NCBI GenBank assembly: GCA_963798935.1
Contig: CAWCVG010000008.1
Span: 4,752-68,751 of the forward strand
Source of the DNA: an uncultured Actinomycetes bacterium
GTDB lineage: Bacteria; Actinomycetota; Thermoleophilia; Gaiellales; Gaiellaceae
Direction of reading: 5' to 3'
DNA: 64,000 bases
The position numbers and the translations under genes are program-made. Positions 9,475 to 19,821 of this stretch are shown one piece after another (positions within the stretch are counted from its first letter, which is position 1; the number at the start of each line of letters is the position of its first letter). A model generated the notes under the pieces. It was not told the DNA's origin. It worked only from the letters and a program-made list of their open reading frames with translations, and searched no databases.

Positions 9475-9628
9475 GTGGTTCTCCTTCAGTTCGGTTCGAG
9501 ATTCGCCTGCCTCGAAACCGCCGAAGAAGAAACGAGAAGCTCACCTCACGGGCCCGGCCGGATGCCGTCCCTGCGGCACACGGTAGCGGAGAAATGCCGA
9601 TTCGGGGCAGTTCGGCTTGGACAAACGT

Positions 9629-9644
9629 GCTTGACCGGTTAAGC
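9629..9644. promoter_or_regulatory. operator-like imperfect palindrome GCTTGACCGGTTAAGC just upstream of the GH1 gene
   Basis: The 16-mer is palindromic apart from one symmetric mismatch pair and is centred on CCGG. Related sites occur at 18637-18652 and 19822-19837. It lies 9 nt before ATG 9653. Confidence 0.45.
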
Positions 9645-9652
9645 TATTGTCC

Positions 9653-11005
9653 ATGACGAGCATGAACGGACGACACTTTCCCAGCGATTTCCTCTGGGGC
9701 GCGGCGACGTCGGCATATCAGATCGAGGGCGCGACCGAGGCCGACGGCCGAGGCGCGAGCATCTGGGACACCTTCTGTGAGACCCCGGGCAAGATCCGGA
9801 ACGGCGACTCCGGAGCCATCGCGTGCGACTCCTACCACCGCTATGGCGTGGACATCGAGCGCATGCAGGAGCTCGGCCTCGGCGCCTACCGCTTCTCGAT
9901 CGCCTGGCCGCGCGTCCTCCCCGAGGGCCGGGGACGCGTCAACGAGGCGGGGCTCGATTTCTACGACCGCCTGGTCGACGAGCTGCTCGCCGCGGGCATC
10001 CGCCCGTTCGTCTCGCTCTACCACTGGGACCTCCCGCAGGCACTCGAGGACGCCGGCGGCTGGCCTTCGCGTGCCACGGCGGAGGCATTCGGCGAGTACG
10101 TCGGGGTCGTCGCCGGGCGACTCGGCGACCGGGTCCGCGACTGGCTGACGCAGAACGAGCCGTACTGCGTCTCGTGGCTCGGCTACGCACTGGGCCTCCA
10201 CGCCCCGGGCAGGACCGAGCTCCCCGCCGCCGCGGCCGCCGCACACCATGTGCTCCTCTCGCACGGCCTCGCGGTCGAGGCGCTTCGCCGCGAGAGCCCC
10301 GGATCCGAGGTCGGCATCGTCCTCGACTCGTGGCCGGTCTACCCGGCGAGCGACGACCCGCGCGACGTCGAGGCCGCGAGGGAGCAGGACGGCTTCCGGA
10401 ACAGGCTCTTCTTCGACCCGGTCCTGCGAGGCAGCTACCCGGACGACGTCCTCGAGCATCTCGGCGACTCGGCGCCGCCGGTTCGCGACGGCGACCTGGC
10501 CGCAATCTCCGCGCCGATCGACTTCGTGGGGCTGAACAACTACTCGCGGACGGTCATCGAGGCCGACTCGGAGGGGAAGCCGCAGACCGTCACGAACGGC
10601 GGCCCGACCACGGAGATGGGCTGGGAGATCTATCCCAGCGGGATCTCCGACGTCCTCACCCGCCTGCACCGCGACTACGGCGTCCAGAAGCTGTACGTGA
10701 CGGAGAACGGAGGCGCCTTCCCGGACGTGCTCCTCCACGACGGGCGAGTCGAGGACCGCGACCGGATCGACTACCTCAACAAGTACCTGGGAGCAGTCGG
10801 CAGCGCCATCGCCGACGGCATCCCGGTCCGCGGGTACTTCGTGTGGTCGCTGCTCGACAACTTCGAGTGGGCGTACGGCTACTCCCGGCGCTTCGGGCTC
10901 CTCTACGTCGACTACTCGACGCTCGAGCGCGTCCCGAAGTCGAGCTTCTACTGGTACCGGGACCTGATCGGCGCCGGGCAGCTGCCCGAGCCGGAAACGT
11001 CCTAG
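9653..11005 (+). CDS. GH1 beta-glucosidase
   Basis: Intact ORF; the track starts it at TTG 9647, but in-frame ATG 9653 is preferred. GH1 signatures are present: FLWGAATSAYQIEG, acid/base LTQNEPYC, nucleophile YVTENGGAF, C-terminal WSLLDNFEWAYGY. Confidence 0.93.
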   Translation: MTSMNGRHFPSDFLWGAATSAYQIEGATEADGRGASIWDTFCETPGKIRNGDSGAIACDSYHRYGVDIERMQELGLGAYRFSIAWPRVLPEGRGRVNEAGLDFYDRLVDELLAAGIRPFVSLYHWDLPQALEDAGGWPSRATAEAFGEYVGVVAGRLGDRVRDWLTQNEPYCVSWLGYALGLHAPGRTELPAAAAAAHHVLLSHGLAVEALRRESPGSEVGIVLDSWPVYPASDDPRDVEAAREQDGFRNRLFFDPVLRGSYPDDVLEHLGDSAPPVRDGDLAAISAPIDFVGLNNYSRTVIEADSEGKPQTVTNGGPTTEMGWEIYPSGISDVLTRLHRDYGVQKLYVTENGGAFPDVLLHDGRVEDRDRIDYLNKYLGAVGSAIADGIPVRGYFVWSLLDNFEWAYGYSRRFGLLYVDYSTLERVPKSSFYWYRDLIGAGQLPEPETS

Positions 11006-11899
11006 TCGGCTTCCGGGCCGAGAGCGACCAGGTGGTCGTCCTCGACCTCGAGCAGCGGCACCGCGTCGGCCGCCTCGCCGATCCCCGCTTCGGGCCCGAA
11101 GATCTCCCGCTCGACCTCACCCCACTTCTTGTGCAGCTGCGGCACGGAGGCGATCAGCAGCTTGGTGTAGGGGTGCACGGGGTTCCCGAAGACCTTCTCC
11201 GTCGCCCCCATCTCGACGATGCTCCCGCGGCGCAGGATCACGGTCCGCTCGCTGATGTAGTTGCCGAGCGAGAGGTCGTGCGTGATGAAGAGGACGCCGA
11301 GCCCGCGAGCCTTCAGCTCGCCGAGCAGGTTCAGCACGTCGATCCGGGTCGAGGCGTCGAGCATGCTGATGATCTCGTCCGCGACCAGATACTTGATGTC
11401 GAGCAGGAGCGCGCGCGCGATCAGTAGCCGCTGAAGCTGGCCGCCGCTGAGCTGGTGCGGGTACTTGCCCAGCACAGCCTCGGGCTCGAGGCTCACAGCA
11501 TGGAGGGAGGCGTCCAGCTTGCGACTCCAATCCGAGCCGCTCGTCCCGGGGAAGTACGCGCCGCGGATCATGCTGAAGACCCGGTCGATCTTGAAGATCG
11601 GGTTATAGGAGCTGAAGGGATCCTGGAAGACGCCCTGCACGTGGCCGTGGTAGCCCTTCAGGCGCCGCCGCTCGAGCGTGGAGACGTCGGTCCCCTCGAA
11701 CGTGATCGAGCCGTCCGTGACCGGCGTCAGCCGGAGGATCATCTTCCCGACGGTCGACTTCCCGCTGCCGCTCTCGCCGATCAACGAGACGACCTCGCCG
11801 GGCTGGAGGTCGAAGGACACGTCGCGGACGGCGGTCAGGCGCTTCCCGCCGAAGGTGCCGACCTTGTAGACCTTCGTGACCCGGTCGAGCTTGAAGCAT
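11002..11899 (-). CDS. Opp/Dpp-type ABC transporter ATP-binding protein (second ATPase), with a frame break a few codons after the start as assembled
   Basis: ORF 11002..11820 has GESGSGKST (Walker A), LSGGQLQR (signature) and [11 protein letters not shown] (Walker B). The N-terminus continues upstream as ...[30 protein letters not shown] in that frame, but the only start is ATG 11899 (overlapping the upstream stop as ATGA), which is one frame off. The break lies within 11888-11896. Confidence 0.85.
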
Positions 11900-12852
11900 C
11901 AGACGACCTTCCAGCAGGCGACTTCGTGGCCCGGCGCGATCTCGACGGAACGGCGGCTCCTCGACGCACTTCTCGAACGCGAACGGGCAGCGGGCCCTGA
12001 ACCTGCAGCCCGTCGGCGGATCGAGCAGGGGCGGCGGCCGGCCCTGGGATTCCCGTGAGCTTCTGCTCCTCGTAGGTCACACCGACCTCCGGGCAGCGAG
12101 GAGACGAGCAGCTGCGTGTACGGATGCAGCGGCGCATCGATGATCACCTCGGCGGGCGCCTTCTCGGCCAGCTTGCCCGCGTACATGACGAGGATGGTGT
12201 CGGCGACCTGGTACAGGATCGCCAGGTCGTGCGTGATGACCATCATGCTCTTCACGTAGCCGCGGTCGCGGAACTCGACGAGTGTCTCGGCAACGGCCTT
12301 CTGGGTCGAGACGTCGAGCGCGGACGTGATCTCGTCCGCGATCAGGAGCGCAGGGTTGAGCAGCGTCGAGAGCACCATCACCGTCCGCTGCTTCATCCCG
12401 CCCGAGAGCTCGATCGGATACATCCCGAGCACGTCGTGCGACAGCCCCACGAGGGTCAGCCGTCGCTCCAGTTCTGCCTTCACGGTCGAGAAGCGCACAC
12501 CTCTCGACTCCAGCAGCTCCTCGATCATCTTCCCGACCTTGCGGGTCGGGGTCATCGCGCTCATCGCGTACTGGGGGACGATCGAGACGCTCTTGAACCG
12601 GTACTGGTTCATCGCCTTGGAGTCGTCGATCGGCAGCTCGGCGCCGTCGAGCTCGACCCGTCCCTCGATGTGCTGCATGCGGGCGTCCATCCGAATCAGG
12701 CTCTTTCCGAGCGTCGACTTCCCGCAGCCCGACTCGCCGGCGAGGCCCATGATCTCGCCGTCCGCGATCCCGAACGTGACGCCGTCGACGCACTGGACGT
12801 CCCCGCGGAGCGTTCGGTAATAGACCCGGAGGTTGTCGACCTTGACGCTCAT
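11899..12852 (-). CDS. Opp/Dpp-type ABC transporter ATP-binding protein (first ATPase), with three same-direction frame shifts near the 3' end as assembled
   Basis: [12 protein letters not shown]...GESGCGKST...LSGGMKQR...LLIADE...ITHDL...[12 protein letters not shown] reads cleanly from ATG 12852. Between about 12092 and 11948 the expected tail [16 protein letters not shown] / [31 protein letters not shown] is found in the other two frames. It returns to [15 protein letters not shown] in the original frame. Confidence 0.88.
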   Translation of the reverse strand: MSVKVDNLRVYYRTLRGDVQCVDGVTFGIADGEIMGLAGESGCGKSTLGKSLIRMDARMQHIEGRVELDGAELPIDDSKAMNQYRFKSVSIVPQYAMSAMTPTRKVGKMIEELLESRGVRFSTVKAELERRLTLVGLSHDVLGMYPIELSGGMKQRTVMVLSTLLNPALLIADEITSALDVSTQKAVAETLVEFRDRGYVKSMMVITHDLAILYQVADTILVMYAGKLAEKAPAEVIIDAPLHPYTQLLVSSLPGGRCDLRGAEAHGNPRAGRRPCSIRRRAAGSGPAARSRSRSASRSRRSVEIAPGHEVACWKVV

Positions 12853-13769
12853 GTCCGCCGGAGCTTCGGGTTGAAGACCTCGTCGAGGCCGACGTTCATG
12901 ATGTAGAGGGCGGCGACGATCGCGGTGATCCCGATTCCCGGGACGATGAACCACCACCACATGCCGAGCACGAGCGCGCTGTTCGAGACGGCGACGTTCA
13001 ACATCAGCCCGAGCGACATGACCTCGGAGGGGCCGAGCCCGAGGAAGTCCAGCGTCGCCGCGATGAGGATCGAGCCGCCGAACAGGAGAATGAACGTCAA
13101 GAAGAGGTAGGAGCTCATGTTCGGGGCGATCTCCCTGACGATGATCCGCAAGCTCCCCTGGCCGGAGAGGCGCGCCAGGCTGACGAAGTCGCGCGTCGCG
13201 AGGGAGAAGGTCTGCGCCCTGATCGCGCGTGCCGCCCACGGCCACGACGTGACCCCGATCAGGATGGCCTCCCAGATCAGGCTCCCGACCGAGAGGTATG
13301 CCGAGACGATGATCAAGACCGCGATCGTCGGGATCACGAGCACGACGTTCGTGAGCATGCTGAGGATGTCGTCGACGATGCCGCCGAAGTAGCCGGCGAT
13401 GAAGCCGACCGTCATCCCGATGACGGCGGCGACGATCCCTGCCACGGCGCCGACGATGAAGCTCGAGCGCATCCCGTAGACGAACTGGGCGTAGACGTCC
13501 TGGCCCGGGGCCGTCGTGCCGAACCAGTGCTCTTTCGACGGCGGCTGGCCGAGCGCCTCGTAGAACTCGAAGGGGTCGCGGTCCGTGAGCAGCGGGCCGA
13601 AGATCGCGAAGAGCAGCAGGAACACCAGCAGTGAGAGCCCCGCGACGAGCTTCTTGTTGCGGAACGCGAAGTAGAGAGTCTCGCTCCGCTGCCGCTTCTG
13701 GGTCGTGCCGGTCGGCGCGACGACCGTGCCGGCGACGACGGTCTCGTGCTGGGGCTCGACGGTGTCCAT
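12849..13769 (-). CDS. ABC transporter permease (OppC/DppC-like)
   Basis: Intact 306-aa ORF, multi-TM, with an EAA-type loop region (FVSLARLSGQGSLRIIVREIAPN). Its stop overlaps the downstream ATPase start (ATGA). Confidence 0.88.
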   Translation of the reverse strand: MDTVEPQHETVVAGTVVAPTGTTQKRQRSETLYFAFRNKKLVAGLSLLVFLLLFAIFGPLLTDRDPFEFYEALGQPPSKEHWFGTTAPGQDVYAQFVYGMRSSFIVGAVAGIVAAVIGMTVGFIAGYFGGIVDDILSMLTNVVLVIPTIAVLIIVSAYLSVGSLIWEAILIGVTSWPWAARAIRAQTFSLATRDFVSLARLSGQGSLRIIVREIAPNMSSYLFLTFILLFGGSILIAATLDFLGLGPSEVMSLGLMLNVAVSNSALVLGMWWWFIVPGIGITAIVAALYIMNVGLDEVFNPKLRRT

Positions 13770-13772
13770 CGG

Positions 13773-14759
13773 CTACGACCCCTGGAGCCCCGTGCGCGTC
13801 CGCGGGTCGACGATCACGTAGGCGATGTCGACCAGGAAGTTCGCGATCAGGACGCCGACGATGATGAACAGGAAGATGCCCTGGAGCAGGAAGTAGTCGC
13901 GGTTCGTGATCGCCGTGATGATCAGGGTGCCCACGCCGGGATAGCCGAACACGATCTCGGTGACCAGCGCTCCACCGACGATGACCCCCAGGGCAAGGGC
14001 CAGGCCCGACATCTGCGGAAGCACGGCGTTGCGGTAGGCGTACTTGCGGACCAGCCGATTCGGCGCGCCGAGCGCCTGGAGGTAGTTCGCGTAGTCGGCC
14101 TCGAGCTCGTAGATGATCAGGTTCCTCATCCCGATCGCCCACCCTCCGAACGAGACGAGGAAGAGTGTGAGGAACGGGAGGAACCAGTGGTGGAGGAAGC
14201 TGCGGGCGAACTCCCACGTCCACTCCGGTTGCAACGCGAAGTCGTAGGCGCCCGAGATCGGGAAGATCTGCCAGCGGAACGCGAGGAAGTAGGCGAGGAC
14301 GAGCGCCAGCCACATGTACGGCGTGGCCGTGAGGACGTAGGCGACCGGCAGCGCGGTGTTGTCGAGCACCTTCCGCCGCGCCGCGAGCGCGCCGACCCGG
14401 TTCCCGGCGATGTAGCTGAGGACGATCGCGGGGATCAGCAGCGCCAGCGTGTACGGGATGGCCGCCCGGATCAGGTCACTGACCGACGACCCGACGTACG
14501 CGATGCTCGGGCCGAGGTCGCCGTGCGCGAGCCCGAGCCAGAAGTTGAGGTACTGCCTCCAGAGCGGCTCGTCGAGGCCGAAGGACTCCGTGTAGTACCC
14601 GTGCATCTCCTGGGCCGCGGTCGGGTCCGCCTGGATGCGGGCGATCAGGCCAGAGATCGGGTCGCCGGGCATGAGCCGCGGGATCGCCCAGTCGATCGAC
14701 GCGGCGACGAAGAACGTCAGCAGGTAGATGGAGAGCTTGCGGGCGAGGTAACGGCTCAC
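13773..14759 (-). CDS. ABC transporter permease (OppB/DppB-like)
   Basis: Intact 328-aa ORF. The N-terminus MSRYLARKLSIYLLTFFVAASIDWAIPRLMPGDP is typical of OppB/DppB-family permeases, and six hydrophobic segments are present. Confidence 0.88.
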   Translation of the reverse strand: MSRYLARKLSIYLLTFFVAASIDWAIPRLMPGDPISGLIARIQADPTAAQEMHGYYTESFGLDEPLWRQYLNFWLGLAHGDLGPSIAYVGSSVSDLIRAAIPYTLALLIPAIVLSYIAGNRVGALAARRKVLDNTALPVAYVLTATPYMWLALVLAYFLAFRWQIFPISGAYDFALQPEWTWEFARSFLHHWFLPFLTLFLVSFGGWAIGMRNLIIYELEADYANYLQALGAPNRLVRKYAYRNAVLPQMSGLALALGVIVGGALVTEIVFGYPGVGTLIITAITNRDYFLLQGIFLFIIVGVLIANFLVDIAYVIVDPRTRTGLQGS

Positions 14760-14836
14760 GTCGAGAAGTGGCCGCCGCTCCTCCCGGAGGAGGAGCAGCG
14801 GCCCGACTCTAGGTTGCCGTCACTGGTCGTGAAGAC

Positions 14837-16571
14837 CTACCTCGGCTTCAACTTCGCAAGCGCGTCGATGCCCGTCATGTTGATGTAGCCGTTCCAGGTC
14901 GACGGCGTCGCCTGGTTTCCGCTGGAGGTCGGGAAGTTCGTCCAATGCGTCGTGTTGTACTGCGCCCACATGCCGTTGTACCAGAGCGGAATTGCGGGCA
15001 ACTGCGTGAGGATCACCCGTTGGATCTGCGAGTGGATCCGCTTCGCCCGAGCGACGCTCGTGCTCGGGACCTTGTTCAGCTGCGTAGTAAGCGCCCAGGC
15101 CTGTGGCGACGAGAACCGCTGGAAGTTGGCCGCGGTCTGTGACGCCAGGATCGGCAGGCGGAACAGGTAGTCGTAGTAGGTGTACGCGGTGTTGCCGATC
15201 TGCTTCTCGTTGTTGATCACGAGCTCGAACTTGCCCGTGTTGCGCTCGTCGACGAGCCCGTTGAAGTCCGGATAGGCCGGCGTGATCTTGATGCCGGCGT
15301 CCTTGGCGCTGTCGGCGATGATCTGGATCGCCGTCTCCCAGTCAGACCAGCCCTTCGGGACGATCAGCCGGAGGTTGATGGTCGATCCGTCCTTGTCCTC
15401 GACGAACCCGTCGCCGTTCCGGTCCCTGTAACCGGCCTGGGTCAGCCGGTTCCTCGCCCTCGAAGTGCTGAAGCTGAAGCCGAGGCTCCGTGCCTGCGCC
15501 TGGTTGACCCACCGGTTCCAGTTCGGGAGCAGGCCGGTCGGATTGGCCTTCGAGACGATCCGCTGGTAGTCGGCCACGACGATCCTGTTGATGTCGATCG
15601 ACTCGGCGAGTGCCCTGCGGAACGTGACGTCGTTCAGCGGCTTCTTGGTCAGGTTGGGAACGAGCCACGCCGTGTTGGCGGCGAGCATGTACGGCGCCCG
15701 CTTGTAGTAGGTGCCGACCCTGCCTCCCACGTGTCTGTTGATGCCGGGGAAGAAGTTGTTGCTCAGGTCGATCCGGTTCTGCAGGAAGTTCTGCAGGGAC
15801 GCCGTGTTCGACGTGTTGTGGATGTCGACGATGTGCTTCATCGGCATCCTCATCCCGTAGGCCCTGGTGGCCCACCAACCGTCACGCCTGTTCCACTGCA
15901 GTGTCTGACTCCCGCCGGCACCGCCGCCGTAGCGGAACGGGCCGGTCCCGACGATCCGCCTGGTGTTCGACGCGTTGCCGGAGACAAGCTCCTTCGCGCT
16001 GTAGCTCCGGAAGATGTGCCTCGGCACGATCGGGACCGTGTACCGGTTCGAGTCCCACTCCTGGTAGTTCGGAACGCCCCTGAAGTGGAACGTCACGGTC
16101 CTACCCCGCGTGGTGACCCGCTGGAGGCCGGTCTTCCACATCGTCCCGTACTGGGCGCCCGTGTTCTTCTGTGTCTCGAAGGTGAACTTCACGTCGGCAG
16201 CCGTCAGCGGCTTCCCGTCGCTCCACTTGACGCCGCGGCCGCACGGTGACGACGTAGTTCCTCCCCACCCACTTCCCGCTGCTCGCGAGCCACGGGATGA
16301 ACCTGTCCTTGAGCGGGTCGTACCGGAAGAGCGTCTCGTACACGAGGCCGACGACGCCCGTGTTGTAGTCGGGCTTGAGCGGGTTGAAGTTCGTGTAGGG
16401 GCCCCATTGCTTGCCCGACGTGTAGAGGGTTTGACCGCGTGGCACCGCGGCAGCTTCCTGCGGGCCTGCTCCGGCCCCGCCTGCGGTCAGCGTCGCGACA
16501 ACCGCGAGAGCGACCACGCTGGCAACGAAGCCGAAGACCTCGGTCTTCCTCCTTGACTTGCGGCTTGCCAT
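14837..16571 (-). CDS. ABC transporter substrate-binding protein, family 5 (peptide/oligosaccharide type), with one frame break as assembled
   Basis: The N-terminal part (ORF 16101..16646 frame) reads MASRKSRRKTEVFGFVASVVALAVVATLTAGGAG...GQTLYTSGKQWGPYTNFNPL...WVGRNYVVTVRP, which includes a signal peptide. It continues in the ORF 14837..16192 frame as GVKWSDGKPLTAADVKFTFETQK.... The junction is near 16238. A strong SD GGAGGAGGA precedes ATG 16571. Confidence 0.85.
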
Positions 16572-16642
16572 GATCCTCCTCCTCATCCCTCCTGCTTCCA
16601 TTCGTGGATTAGACGACGTCGACCGACTTTCAGCGGCCACTT

Positions 16643-18616
16643 TCAAGCTCGGGCATCACTCCCTTCGCTCGCCGCGGTCGCCGATACGCGGGCGGGGGGT
16701 GATCCCGCGTATCGGATCGACGCGGCGCCGAACGGCTCGAGCGTCAGCTCGCCCATGTCGGGATCGAGCTCGATGCCTGTCAGAACTGGTTGGGTCGAGA
16801 GCGTTTCCCCTGAGGTGTTCACGAAGAGCGCGGTCTCCGCGCCTCCGGTGCGAATCCGACCGACCAGGACGCGCGGATCGTCGACCCGCACCGGCCGCGA
16901 CACGCCCGACGCCTCGGCCAGCGCCGAGTAGATCCGATACGTGTCCTCCGGATTGGCGGCGGGCGTCTTCGCGGCCATGTGCTCGATCGGGTACGTGCAG
17001 AGCACGGTGCAGCCGGCTCCGGTGCGGTGGCGGAGCAGAGCCGGCCGGCCGTGCCCGTCGATCGCGACGACCTGCGCGCCCTGCGGCTCCAGGGGTAGGA
17101 AGGCGCGCGCGCTGGGCTCGCCGGCGACGCGGAAGGTGAGACGTGCGCCCTCCGCGATGTCGCCGAGGTCGTCGACGAACTGGAAGATGACCTCGTCGTC
17201 CTCGATCGGGTCGACGAGGCCGTAGCGCAGGCGGTGGCGGACGCCGAAGATCTCGTCCAGCCATGACAGCCAGGGGCCGCGCTGGGTCGTGGTGCTCCCG
17301 GCGAAGTACGAGGCGTACACCGTGGCGCCGGCCTCGGCGAGCTCGCGGAGCCGGTCGAGCCCGGGTGACGTCAACAGCTTCGCGCAGGGCACGAGGTAGA
17401 GCCGGGCGCTTCCGGGAAGGCCGTCGCGCTCTCGCACGAGCTCGACCGGGAGGTCGGCCTCGCGGGCGGCGACGTACGCCTGGAGCAGGTTGTCGCGCAG
17501 GTCCTGCCGGTACGCCGGATCGGTGAAGGGCAGGACCCGTTCGAAGTGCTCGGGGACGACGAGAGCGGCGTCGCCCGCCACGCGCTCCCACTCGCCACTC
17601 GAGAGGCCGCGCACGAGCTCGGCGAACTCGCTGATCTCGCGGAGCTGCGGCTTCGGACGACCGCGGACGTCCGTCAGGCCGAAGTGCAGCTCGAAGACGT
17701 GATGGCGATACGGGTCCTGGTGCCGGAGGTCGTCGAAGTCCGTGTTGTTCCACGCGAGCCACCCACGGGCTCCGGCGAGGAGCGACGTGTGGAGCACCTG
17801 GCGGTAGTAGGCGGCCGCATGCTCGTCGGCGGCGAAGTCCGAGCTGACGCCGAACTCCTCCAGCACGACCGGCTTGCCCAGGCTTCCCGCGAGCTCACAC
17901 GCGAGCGCGGGAGTGAGGACCTGCCGGACCGGGTCGTCCTCCATCGGGTACGAGTGCGGGCCGAAGAAGTCGACGAGCGGCGCGAGCGCCCGCAGCGAGT
18001 AGCCGTTGTCCCGACCGGACACCTCCACGCCCCATGCCCCGTCGCCGATCGAAACCGGCTGGGTCGCACCACCCGCGCGCAGGGCCTGGATGAGGATGCG
18101 AGCCCAGGCGGTGACCTCCGCGGCGCTCGCGCTCCCGCCGTAGAGCGGCATCTCGTTCGAGAGCAGCCAGGCGGCGACTGCGTGCCGGTGAAATCGGCGC
18201 GCGATCTCCTCGGCGAACCAGGCCTGCTGGCCGACCAGCCAGACGTCACGATAGAGGTCGCGCCCCTGTCGCCAGGGTGGATCCCAGTTCTCCCCCGACA
18301 TGTGCCCGACGATGAGCGTCGGGATCGTTTCGAGCCCGAGCTCCGAGTGCGCATCCAGGAAGTCACTGAACCGGTCGAGGACCTGATCGTCGAGGGTCTC
18401 CGGCTCCGGGACGAAGTCCGGCCAGTAGCAAAACGAGCGTGTGACGGTGCATCCGTGGTCGGAGAGAACCTCGAGCTCATCTCGCACAACCGCGGGGTCG
18501 TAGTGCATCCACATGCGCGGTCCGCCGGTGCGCGACCAGAAGTTGGCGCCGATCCATGGCGTCGAGATGTCCCGCGTGGACGGTGTAGCCGCCTGGGATC
18601 TCGTCGGGGGTCGCAT
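16643..18616 (-). CDS. clan GH-A glycoside hydrolase (GH5/cellulase-family-like catalytic domain plus C-terminal domain)
   Basis: Intact 657-aa ORF: IGANFWSRTGGPRMW..., candidate acid/base WLLSNEMP, candidate nucleophile PVVLEEFG. The C-terminal approximately 300 aa were not assigned. Family assignment is from motif memory only. Confidence 0.7.
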   Translation of the reverse strand: MRPPTRSQAATPSTRDISTPWIGANFWSRTGGPRMWMHYDPAVVRDELEVLSDHGCTVTRSFCYWPDFVPEPETLDDQVLDRFSDFLDAHSELGLETIPTLIVGHMSGENWDPPWRQGRDLYRDVWLVGQQAWFAEEIARRFHRHAVAAWLLSNEMPLYGGSASAAEVTAWARILIQALRAGGATQPVSIGDGAWGVEVSGRDNGYSLRALAPLVDFFGPHSYPMEDDPVRQVLTPALACELAGSLGKPVVLEEFGVSSDFAADEHAAAYYRQVLHTSLLAGARGWLAWNNTDFDDLRHQDPYRHHVFELHFGLTDVRGRPKPQLREISEFAELVRGLSSGEWERVAGDAALVVPEHFERVLPFTDPAYRQDLRDNLLQAYVAAREADLPVELVRERDGLPGSARLYLVPCAKLLTSPGLDRLRELAEAGATVYASYFAGSTTTQRGPWLSWLDEIFGVRHRLRYGLVDPIEDDEVIFQFVDDLGDIAEGARLTFRVAGEPSARAFLPLEPQGAQVVAIDGHGRPALLRHRTGAGCTVLCTYPIEHMAAKTPAANPEDTYRIYSALAEASGVSRPVRVDDPRVLVGRIRTGGAETALFVNTSGETLSTQPVLTGIELDPDMGELTLEPFGAASIRYAGSPPARVSATAASEGSDARA

Positions 18617-18636
18617 CCGGATGTGAAAAGTCCATC

Positions 18637-18652
18637 ACTTATCCGGTTCAGT
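18637..18652. promoter_or_regulatory. operator-like site ACTTATCCGGTTCAGT between the LacI-family gene stop and the GH5-like gene start
   Basis: It shares the core CTTnnCCGGTTnA with the sites at 9629-9644 and 19822-19837. It lies 21 nt upstream of ATG 18616 in minus-strand sense. Confidence 0.35.
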
Positions 18653-18684
18653 GTCAACCAGCTCGTAACAAAGCGACGTGCTGC

Positions 18685-19752
18685 TCAGGCCCGAGCTGCG
18701 CGTCCCCGGACGCCGCCAAGGCCGTTCGCCTGACGCGCAGGACCGGTGCTTCCGCGGGGCGTGAGCTCGCCCCGCTGCGTCTCCTTGTCGTCCGTCGTCC
18801 GGCCCTCGATGACCTCGAGGAGGTGACGGATGGCGGTGCCGCCGTAGGAGACGATGTCGCGGGTGATCGCAGTCAGCGGCGGATGCACCACCTGGCTGAT
18901 CAGCGAGTCGTCCCAGCCGACGATCGACACATCGTCCGGAACCGCGAAGCCCATCTGCAACGCGACTCCCAGGCCGGTGACGGCCAGGAGGTCGCTGTCG
19001 TAGATGATCACGCTCGGAGGCTGTGGCTCCGAGAGGAGCTTGCGCGTCGCGCGGGCGCCGCTCTCGGCGGAGTAGTCCGTCGGGATCACCTCGGCCTCGA
19101 GCCCAAGCTCCTCCGTGACTCTGAGAAATCCCGCCGTCCGCTGTGCCGTGTGGACGAACTCGTCGACGCCTGCGACGCGCGCGATTCGCGTGTGGCCCAG
19201 TGCCGCGACGTAGCGAACCGCCTCGATCACGACACCGGCTTCGTCGTGCCAAACCGCAGGTAGAGCGCCATTTTCCACCGGTCCGCCGATGACGACGGCG
19301 GGCAAGCCGAGGCGAACGAGCTCCCGAACGCGCGGGTCGTCTTTCCGTAGGTCGACCATGAGGACGCCGTCCACGCGGCGCTCGCCCCACCACCGCCGGT
19401 ACACCTCGATCTCGTCCTCCACGGACTGCACGAGCTGAATCGAAAGGGCGATCGACCTTGCCGAAAGCTCGGACTCGACGCCGGCGATGAACTCCATGAA
19501 GAACGGCTCGAGCGCCAGCGTCTTCGCGGGCCGGGCGAGCACGAGGCCGCAGGCGTCGGCGCGCTCGACTGAGAGCGCACGCGCGGCACGGTTGGGATAC
19601 CAGCCGAGCTCACGGGCGATCTCGAGGATTCGCTCCCTGGTGCCGTCGGAGACTCCCGGGCGCCCGTTCAGCGCATACGAGACGGCGCCCTTCGAGACTC
19701 CGGCTCGCTCCGCGATGTCACTGATCGTCACTCGGCGAGCGCGCTCAGCCAA
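18685..19752 (-). CDS. LacI-family transcriptional regulator
   Basis: Intact 355-aa ORF with the N-terminal HTH VTISDIAERAGVSKGAVSYALNGRPGVSDGTRERILEIARELGWYPNRAARAL and a periplasmic-binding-protein-like effector domain. SD AAGGAG precedes TTG 19752. Confidence 0.92.
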   Translation of the reverse strand: MAERARRVTISDIAERAGVSKGAVSYALNGRPGVSDGTRERILEIARELGWYPNRAARALSVERADACGLVLARPAKTLALEPFFMEFIAGVESELSARSIALSIQLVQSVEDEIEVYRRWWGERRVDGVLMVDLRKDDPRVRELVRLGLPAVVIGGPVENGALPAVWHDEAGVVIEAVRYVAALGHTRIARVAGVDEFVHTAQRTAGFLRVTEELGLEAEVIPTDYSAESGARATRKLLSEPQPPSVIIYDSDLLAVTGLGVALQMGFAVPDDVSIVGWDDSLISQVVHPPLTAITRDIVSYGGTAIRHLLEVIEGRTTDDKETQRGELTPRGSTGPARQANGLGGVRGRAARA

Positions 19753-19821
19753 AGGGGGCTCCTTTCCAGGTGGCCGACGGTTGCCAGACCGGCGCCGCGC
19801 CGGCCGCGTCGAATCATAATG

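Noticed and set aside
11899-14313. 804-aa ORF as a single fused protein
   Set aside because: The first approximately 480 residues are an out-of-frame read across the two permease genes (Arg/Pro/Asp-rich nonsense). The real ATPase starts at ATG 12852, overlapping the permease stop.
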